DNA of 37,314 nt from Candidatus Jacksonbacteria bacterium (GTDB lineage Bacteria > Patescibacteriota > Patescibacteriia > UBA9629 > GWA2-43-13), in NCBI GenBank assembly GCA_018698735.1, contig JABIPD010000035.1, positions 1 to 37,314 of the forward strand, written 5' to 3'. Of this stretch, positions 17,225 through 22,283 are shown piece by piece. Position numbers and translations under genes: made by a program. The notes below the pieces were generated by a model. The model did no database searches and was not told the DNA's origin. It saw only the letters and a list, made by a program, of their open reading frames with translations. How positions within the stretch are numbered: the stretch's first letter is position 1; every line of letters starts with the position of its first letter.

Positions 17225-17657
17225 AAGAATTTCGGTTTATTAATTACCAACTCGCGAAGAACCTGGCTAAAAGGATCCGGGGCTTTTTAACCGACTCGAT
17301 AAACGAGGTCGACCTTTATGTTAAAAAGTTTCGGTATTTGAGCTCCTTGGCCATATTAAACGACGAGCGGTTGAGAGATATAAGCACAGAGGCATGCCTC
17401 TTATCTTTAACTTACTTTTTGAACCTAGGTTATTGTAAGAAAAAGACTTGAAAGATTGATTACCCGAAGGTGTCACAATCAGTAAGGCCCTATGCTTGCC
17501 CGTGGGAACAAATAATTGCCCCACAAGTAAGCATAGAAGCCAATAGAACCTTTGTACCTATCTCTATACGAACTTGAATAAGTGAGTATTCAATGATACT
17601 CGCATAAACTTTTCATATAATGACTAAAGTTTATGCCAATATCATTATTTTAAACTA
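17225..17657 (-). promoter_or_regulatory. Candidate ~430-nt structured 5' leader of the surface protein gene (if transcribed from arm D1)
   Basis: Several stems are visible: an 11-bp stem 17602-17612/17626-17636, a 6-bp stem 17584-17589/17596-17601, a composite stem 17490-17497/17529-17536 with 17502-17506/17520-17524, and the palindrome agaggcatgcctct at 17388-17401. No convincing ORF is present. Confidence 0.35.
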
Positions 17658-17763
17658 ATCGCTAATATACGAATCAGAAACGAATATACAAATAAACTAA
17701 TTTTTCATGATTTCCAGAGCTTCTATTTGTATATTTGTGCTTGATTTGTATATTCGTGATTAG
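17655..17763. mobile_element. Gene-less 109-bp MITE-like unit: arms D1 (17655-17694, minus) and D2 (17724-17763, plus) back to back with a 29-bp filler
   Basis: Read on the minus strand, D1 is tatttgtatattcgtttctgattcgtatattagcgattag. D2 is tatttgtatatttgtgcttgatttgtatattcgtgattag. The two are 33/40 identical as inverted repeats, and each carries an outward-reading TTGTAT-N16-TATATT. Confidence 0.5.
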
Positions 17764-17898
17764 TCAATTACACCCGCAAATACTACTAGATTTTGCGAAG
17801 AAAGTCAATGCTTTTTAGCGGATTTTTTGCTCTTATTTTGCTAAAAAGTGTATACTCTATCAAAACAGCTTAAAACAAGGACTTTTAAGCTGTTTTTT
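17760..17898 (+). ncRNA. Candidate orphan transcript (~140 nt) from arm D2 to the bidirectional terminator: either an sRNA or an mRNA for a 21-aa hydrophobic peptide
   Basis: The D2 -10 hexamer lies at 17749-17754. Hairpins lie at 17775-17797 (cgcaaa/tttgcg) and 17811-17848 (ctttttagc/gctaaaaag), followed by the terminator stem 17862-17896 with a T-run on the plus strand. A small ORF at 17808..17873 encodes MLFSGFFALILLKSVYSIKTA. Confidence 0.35.
17862..17896. terminator. Bidirectional intrinsic terminator (end of the anti-sigma gene on minus, end of the orphan unit on plus)
   Basis: 14-bp stem aaaacagcttaaaa / ttttaagctgtttt with a 7-nt loop. It is flanked by an A-run and a T-run. Confidence 0.75.
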
Positions 17899-17900
17899 GG

Positions 17901-19361
17901 CTAAAGAATGAAAACACGTTCTTCCTCAACAGGCTCAGCTGGAACTTCTTCCTCCTTATTATCGCCGTTAGAGTCTTCCTCTACTAATGTCTCTGTGGCT
18001 GAATTATTGTCGCTATTCTCTGCTTCTAAAGCGCTGTTATCGGTATTTTCTTCCGTGTTCGCATCTTGTTCAACTAGTAAATCACCACCTACTTCGTTCG
18101 ATGTTTGTTCAGTATTGCTATCAACTTCAGTGTTTTCGGCTGGTAACGCAGAGTCTTCTTCTGTTACCAAATCTACAGCATTTGATTCATCAGAAACTTC
18201 TGGAATAATTAAAATGCCAAGCGATTGTTTGTATTCGTTTAAAATAGATGTTGTTTCTTTTGCATTCGAAAGCTTATCTTGCAGTGTTTGGATTGCATCA
18301 AGCAAGCTTTGCGTTGGTTCTTCTTCTTGTAAAAACACTAATGAATCTGCAATATCTTCTATAAGCTCTTGGGCGGCAGAATTCTGTTCGAGTGCTTCAA
18401 CTGGAGTTAGGGTTGGAATCACTTCTACTGGTTGCTCTGGTAATCCAAACGAAATAGTACTACCAGTGGTATCTATTAATTCTCCTTCTGTAATCTGAGT
18501 TAATGCCTCTATCTCCAATCTAAACTGTTCTGCTTGCTCTTCTGTTAAAAGTGCTTGAGCAAGTGCTGTTGTTGCTTTTTCCACCTTTACTTGCAAATCC
18601 TCTACATGGTCTGCTAGAAATTCTTCTACTTTCTCTTCGTCTTCTACCAAAGCTATCACCGAATCTATACCCGACAAAGAGGATTCGTCTACACCATCAA
18701 GAACCTGTATTACTTCGCCGTCTACTTCTTCTCGAACATCTTCTGAAAGCGAACTTACTGTTTCTTCTATTATTCCTTCTATATGCTGAGATCTTTTGGT
18801 TAAATCTAATGCGACTGCTATTTTTTCGGCTGAATCTTCGCTATCTTCTTTTACTTTTTCTACAGCCTCGTGAGCTATTTGAACCTGCTTTGTTACTTCG
18901 TTTAATGCTTGTTTAACTCTATTCGATGCTTTTTCTGTATCTTCTTCATCTTTTGCCCTAGAAGTAACTTCTTGTAATTCTTCTACCCTTTTAGATGCAA
19001 GTGAAAGTTCTATTTTTGCTTTTTCTTCAATAGAAGGAGTAATTGCAACCTGCACGTTCTCTATAGTCCTTTTTATTGGATATAATCTATCTCCCGGCAA
19101 ACTCCCCATTGTAGCACCAACAGAAGCAACCGAACTTCCAAGAATAATAACTCCCAACAAAACAACCGCTAACGAAGGTTGCATCCAACTAAATGGATTA
19201 ACTACAACACCTACTCGTTTAGCATTATTTGAGTGGATTTTTTTATCAGCATTATTAAAAGACTCAAAATGGACCTGAGCCATAATATTTTTGCGAGATG
19301 AAGCCTTCCATTCTTGAGATGGAGTAATTTGCTGTAGTTTTTTGAATTGCTTCTTGTTCAT
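17901..19361 (-). CDS. Single-pass membrane protein, anti-sigma-factor-like (resembles DUF5667-type proteins), with a long acidic coiled-coil ectodomain
   Basis: TM segment SLAVVLLGVIILGSSVASVGA is followed by LPGDRLYPIKRTIENVQVAI. The gene starts 9 bp downstream of the sigma factor gene. Confidence 0.65.
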   Translation of the reverse strand: MNKKQFKKLQQITPSQEWKASSRKNIMAQVHFESFNNADKKIHSNNAKRVGVVVNPFSWMQPSLAVVLLGVIILGSSVASVGATMGSLPGDRLYPIKRTIENVQVAITPSIEEKAKIELSLASKRVEELQEVTSRAKDEEDTEKASNRVKQALNEVTKQVQIAHEAVEKVKEDSEDSAEKIAVALDLTKRSQHIEGIIEETVSSLSEDVREEVDGEVIQVLDGVDESSLSGIDSVIALVEDEEKVEEFLADHVEDLQVKVEKATTALAQALLTEEQAEQFRLEIEALTQITEGELIDTTGSTISFGLPEQPVEVIPTLTPVEALEQNSAAQELIEDIADSLVFLQEEEPTQSLLDAIQTLQDKLSNAKETTSILNEYKQSLGILIIPEVSDESNAVDLVTEEDSALPAENTEVDSNTEQTSNEVGGDLLVEQDANTEENTDNSALEAENSDNNSATETLVEEDSNGDNKEEEVPAEPVEEERVFIL

Positions 19362-19370
19362 GCTTATTGC

Positions 19371-19931
19371 TTATTCTAAATCTTGATCTTTGCGAATGGC
19401 CAGTTTAAGGGCTTTTATAGCCCTGTGCAAAAGAACCCTACAGGCGCCTTTTGTTCTGTCCATTATTTCTGAAATCTCTTGGATGGTTAAACCCTCAACA
19501 TAGCGCAAAAGGATAATATCTCTATAATCTTCGGTTAACGAGTATATCCCCTTCTCTAATAGAAGACGTAATTCATCGAAAGATATTTCTTCGTCTAAAT
19601 GAGGGTCTTTACTAGCGAGAATTTCGCTTAAATCCTCATAGTTCACTGCTGTTCGCTTTTTGTTTGTTCGGTAATAATCTATAACCAAGTTTCTAGCTAT
19701 TCTATACAAAAGAGCACGAACGTTCTTTACGGAGTTCCCACCTTTAATATATGCCCATGTTTTTAGGAAAACTTCACTCGATAAATCTTCGGCTTCGTGC
19801 TGATGAGAAACTTTGTAAAACACAAATCTATAGATATCATCTATATATCCATCATAAATCTGGGCAAATGCTTCTGGGTCTCCTGATTGAATCTTAAGGA
19901 GTAAGAATTTATCTGTAATCTTTCGTTTCAT
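19371..19931 (-). CDS. Sigma-70 family RNA polymerase sigma factor, ECF-like
   Basis: Region 2 (YDGYIDDIYRFVFYKV..EDLSSEVFLKTW, RIARNLVIDYYR) and region 4 (LRYVEGLTIQEISEIMDRTKGACRVLLHRAIKALK) are present in 186 aa. Confidence 0.85.
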   Translation of the reverse strand: MKRKITDKFLLLKIQSGDPEAFAQIYDGYIDDIYRFVFYKVSHQHEAEDLSSEVFLKTWAYIKGGNSVKNVRALLYRIARNLVIDYYRTNKKRTAVNYEDLSEILASKDPHLDEEISFDELRLLLEKGIYSLTEDYRDIILLRYVEGLTIQEISEIMDRTKGACRVLLHRAIKALKLAIRKDQDLE

Positions 19932-20058
19932 ACTAAAACCTTACGCGGTAACGTATTTCCTCATAATAACCCATTTTAGTATATCATACACCCTAAAAGC
20001 AACATGGCGAATCATCTCGTTTTCAATACAAAGACTCGAGAGAGTGTGCCATTTTTTT

Positions 20059-20125
20059 GTAGAGACGCCTTGGTAAAGCGTCTTATTTTGAGATATTTCA
20101 AGACGCATCACCGATGCGTCTCTAC
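20059..20125. repeat. GTAG-REP doublet, intergenic copy between lexA and the sigma gene
   Basis: gtagagacgccttggtaaagcgtct, a 16-bp spacer, then aagacgcatcaccgatgcgtctctac. The right arm is identical to the other three copies. Confidence 0.8.
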
Positions 20126-20137
20126 AGAAGACAATAT

Positions 20138-20172
20138 AAAAAAAATACGCCAGGCGGTTGGCGTATTTTTTT
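20138..20172. terminator. Bidirectional intrinsic terminator after lexA
   Basis: Stem atacgcca / tggcgtat (20145-20166) is flanked by an A-run and a T-run. Confidence 0.75.
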
Positions 20173-20186
20173 GTTATACATATTTT

Positions 20187-20795
20187 TTATGCTGGTTGAA
20201 ATTTTCTAAACACGCCACGAACAATCCCTTGAATCGCTGGGTTTTTTACAAACAAAGGTTTCATTGTTTTATTTGCTGGTTGTAACCTAACCCCTTCATC
20301 TGTCCTGTAAAACCGTTTGAGCGTTGCATAGGTGTTATCGAGAAGAGCAACCACAACATCTCCATTCTGAGGGAAATAACTTCTTTCAACTATAACGTAG
20401 TCGCCATCTAAAATGCCATCGTCCATCATAGAATCCCCTTTTACGCGAAGAACGAATGCATTTGGATCACCTGCAAGTGATGCCGGAACTGCAACCGTCT
20501 CTCTCGTTTCTATAGCTTCTATTGGCTCTCCAGCAGCAATAATACCCACAAGTGGAAGCTCGAACATAAACGAGCCTTCTTGGTTAACATTTTCTAGTTC
20601 TATAGACCTTGCTTCTGGACCCGTAGAAAGATACCCCTTTCGTTCTAAAGATTTCATATACTGAGCAACAGTTGCTACAGAAGAATAACCAAATTCCGCG
20701 GCTATTTCTCTATACGAAGGAGGGAATCCATTTTCGTCTATAGATTTTCTTAAAAAGTCGAGTACCTTTTTTTGTTTTGGTGTAAGAGGCTTCAT
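20187..20795 (-). CDS. lexA: LexA repressor
   Basis: N-terminal wHTH (PSYREIAAEFGYSSVATVAQYMKSLERKGYL), Ala-Gly cleavage site (GIIAAGEPIEA), and the Ser/Lys dyad (VKGDSMMDDGI, ATLKRFY). Confidence 0.93.
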   Translation of the reverse strand: MKPLTPKQKKVLDFLRKSIDENGFPPSYREIAAEFGYSSVATVAQYMKSLERKGYLSTGPEARSIELENVNQEGSFMFELPLVGIIAAGEPIEAIETRETVAVPASLAGDPNAFVLRVKGDSMMDDGILDGDYVIVERSYFPQNGDVVVALLDNTYATLKRFYRTDEGVRLQPANKTMKPLFVKNPAIQGIVRGVFRKFQPA

Positions 20796-20799
20796 ATGA

Positions 20800-20916
20800 G
20801 TAGTCGCTAATATACAAATAGATCACAAATATACAAATTCGAGTAAATATATGAACAAGAAAGTAACCCTGCTTTCAATTTGTATATTTGTGCTTGATTC
20901 GTATATTCGAGAACAG
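20800..20916. mobile_element. Gene-less 117-bp MITE-like unit: arms E1 (20800-20839, minus, 13 nt from the lexA ATG) and E2 (20877-20916, plus) with a 37-bp filler
   Basis: Read on the minus strand, E1 is aatttgtatatttgtgatctatttgtatattagcgactac. E2 is aatttgtatatttgtgcttgattcgtatattcgagaacag. Confidence 0.5.
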
Positions 20917-20955
20917 TTTCATTATACCAAACAAATACCGCACACACAAAACACG

Positions 20956-21053
20956 TATGGGGATAACTCTAATTAAATCAAAAAATAAAAACACGAAATA
21001 AGAAATTCAAAATTGCAATACACATTGTCTTAGACGTTTCGAGAATTATATAT
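20956..21053 (+). repeat. AT-rich dispersed repeat, copy 1 (~100 bp)
   Basis: tatggggataactctaattaaatcaaaaaataaaa...gacgtttcgagaattatatat is ~85% identical to 32806-32908. An inverted partner (attttgaatttg, 21059-21070) pairs with 21004-21014. Confidence 0.7.
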
Positions 21054-21145
21054 TTAGATTTTGAATTTGTTTAGGATTTCAATATTCTCATTTCGAATTT
21101 TAACTCACTTGTTATTTAAAATATCAGCTGATACCATTTAGGTAT

Positions 21146-21586
21146 ATGAAATTTCACATCAAAAAATTTATCGAACTAACAAAAAATAATCCCTACGAAG
21201 GAGGATTTATTTTACTCGCCCTCCTTACGATTGTTTTTGTAATAAGCACATCAACAAAACTGCCTGCATTGCAATACACAACAGAACAGTGGGAATTAAA
21301 AGGTGGAAGGGAATTTAAACAAAAAATAGAGACGAAAATTTTGTACCCACGCCACAATAGCTGGATACAACCCTTTAGAACTTGGGGGAAATTTCAATTA
21401 AAAAAAGATGAAGCGTCTGGTGGCATTGCTATTTATTTTCCAAAAGATGAATTTGTTTTCGTAAACGAAAAAATTCACGAAGAATCAAAAAGATGGCCAT
21501 TTGTTTTTACGACTCACTCTCGTTGCCTTAGAACAAGAACCCTGGAAAAAGGATTTTTTATCTGCTTTGAGGTTCCAATAAAATAG
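21146..21586 (+). CDS. Hypothetical single-pass membrane protein, divergent from lexA
   Basis: 146 aa with TM segment GGFILLALLTIVFVISTS and no recognisable family. It is the only convincing plus-strand gene in the window. Confidence 0.6.
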   Translation: MKFHIKKFIELTKNNPYEGGFILLALLTIVFVISTSTKLPALQYTTEQWELKGGREFKQKIETKILYPRHNSWIQPFRTWGKFQLKKDEASGGIAIYFPKDEFVFVNEKIHEESKRWPFVFTTHSRCLRTRTLEKGFFICFEVPIK

Positions 21587-21587
21587 A

Positions 21588-22145
21588 TTATTTAAAATAT
21601 TTGTCCTGAGACCATTTTATTGGGTTGATTCCGATATAATCACGATGGGACTGAAGGTCATGATCGTTACGGATGATATGATCATAAAATCGTGACTGCC
21701 ACTGAAAGGAAGGATTGTGATTGTTACGAATTTGTTTTGTTGAGACAATTTTTATTTGTTTGATAATATTACCAAGATTTGCCGTGTAGAGACGCTTTGG
21801 TAAAGCGTCTCCTTTTTTTTGATTATTAAGACGCATCACCGATGCGTCTCTACAGGAAGAGTCGAACATAGGACCTATATGAATAATAACATGCACGTGA
21901 TTTGGCATCACAACAAAAGAATCTACACGAACATTTTTTCTCACCTCTTCTGTTTTTTTAATCTCTTTTTCAACAATCTCTCCAATTAAACTTAATACTA
22001 TTTTATCATCCACAACCTTAGACAACACGCAGTTCATATTTTTTACACACCATGTTACAAAATAGAACCCCTCAGAAGAATAGTCATACTGGGAATAACG
22101 AGCCGATGGGATTCGGTATTGGTTATTGTATAGAAATTGATTCAT
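21588..22145 (-). CDS. rayT: REP-associated tyrosine transposase-like protein (RAYT), paralogue 2
   Basis: Same motifs as paralogue 1 (MPNHVHVIIHI, WQSRFYDHIIRNDHDL). A perfect extended -10 (TGtTATAAT, 22160-22152) lies 6 nt from the ATG. Confidence 0.85.
   Translation of the reverse strand: MNQFLYNNQYRIPSARYSQYDYSSEGFYFVTWCVKNMNCVLSKVVDDKIVLSLIGEIVEKEIKKTEEVRKNVRVDSFVVMPNHVHVIIHIGPMFDSSCRDASVMRLNNQKKGDALPKRLYTANLGNIIKQIKIVSTKQIRNNHNPSFQWQSRFYDHIIRNDHDLQSHRDYIGINPIKWSQDKYFK
21786..21853. repeat. GTAG-REP doublet inside the RAYT2 coding sequence
   Basis: Both arms are identical (25/25 and 26/26) to the RAYT1 in-ORF copy, while the spacer differs. It is read as CRDASVMRLNNQKKGDALPKRLY. Confidence 0.8.
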
Positions 22146-22160
22146 ATTTTTATTATAACA

Positions 22161-22195
22161 AAAATAAACGGCTCATATCGTGAGCCGTTTATTTT
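22161..22195. terminator. Hairpin/terminator after the 3376-aa gene, abutting the RAYT2 promoter
   Basis: 15-bp stem aaaataaacggctca / tgagccgtttatttt. It is near-identical to 12065-12097. Confidence 0.6.
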
Positions 22196-22211
22196 ATTAC
22201 TAACTTCCCAC

Positions 22212-22272
22212 GTAGAAACGAGGTCCCCAGACACATTTCTCGCATGGTCGGGGCACGTAACCCCGTTTCTAC
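22212..22272. repeat. GTAG-REP doublet, GTAGAAACG variant
   Basis: gtagaaacg (22212-22220) pairs with cgtttctac (22264-22272). An inner hairpin cggggcacgtaaccccg lies at 22249-22265. Confidence 0.6.
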
Positions 22273-22283
22273 AGAATAATTTC

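Noticed and set aside
17321-17524. A 67-aa minus-strand ORF in the long intergenic region.
   Set aside because: It is a low-complexity peptide with no start signal and spans predicted RNA stems. It is treated as part of a non-coding leader.
17225-17657. A c-di-GMP or c-di-AMP riboswitch upstream of the surface protein gene.
   Set aside because: I could not find the conserved cores (for example ACGCAAAGC-type GEMM-I elements). It is left as an unclassified structured leader.
17795-17810. gaagaaagtca, which resembles the RNase P RNA GAGGAAAGUCC motif.
   Set aside because: Only ~100 nt of non-coding sequence surrounds it, and none of the other conserved RNase P regions are present.
17908-18498. 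A 196-aa Ser-rich plus-strand ORF, plus other plus ORFs inside 17901..19361.
   Set aside because: It is an antisense shadow of the acidic coiled-coil anti-sigma-like gene (GAA/GAT-rich codons read as TTC/ATC). It is low-complexity and has no start context.
7331-20916. Possibility that the repeated 40-bp arms or the GTAG doublets are a CRISPR array.
   Set aside because: The copies are dispersed over kilobases and occur in both orientations without regular repeat-spacer periodicity. No cas genes are present.
20796-21145. A LexA operator in the lexA control region, or the 40-bp arm itself as the LexA box.
   Set aside because: I found no palindrome matching known LexA-box classes (CTGT-N8-ACAG, GAAC-N4-GTTC, TTTG-N5-CAAA). 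The arm is a direct repeat, not a palindrome, and it also precedes sugar and surface genes.
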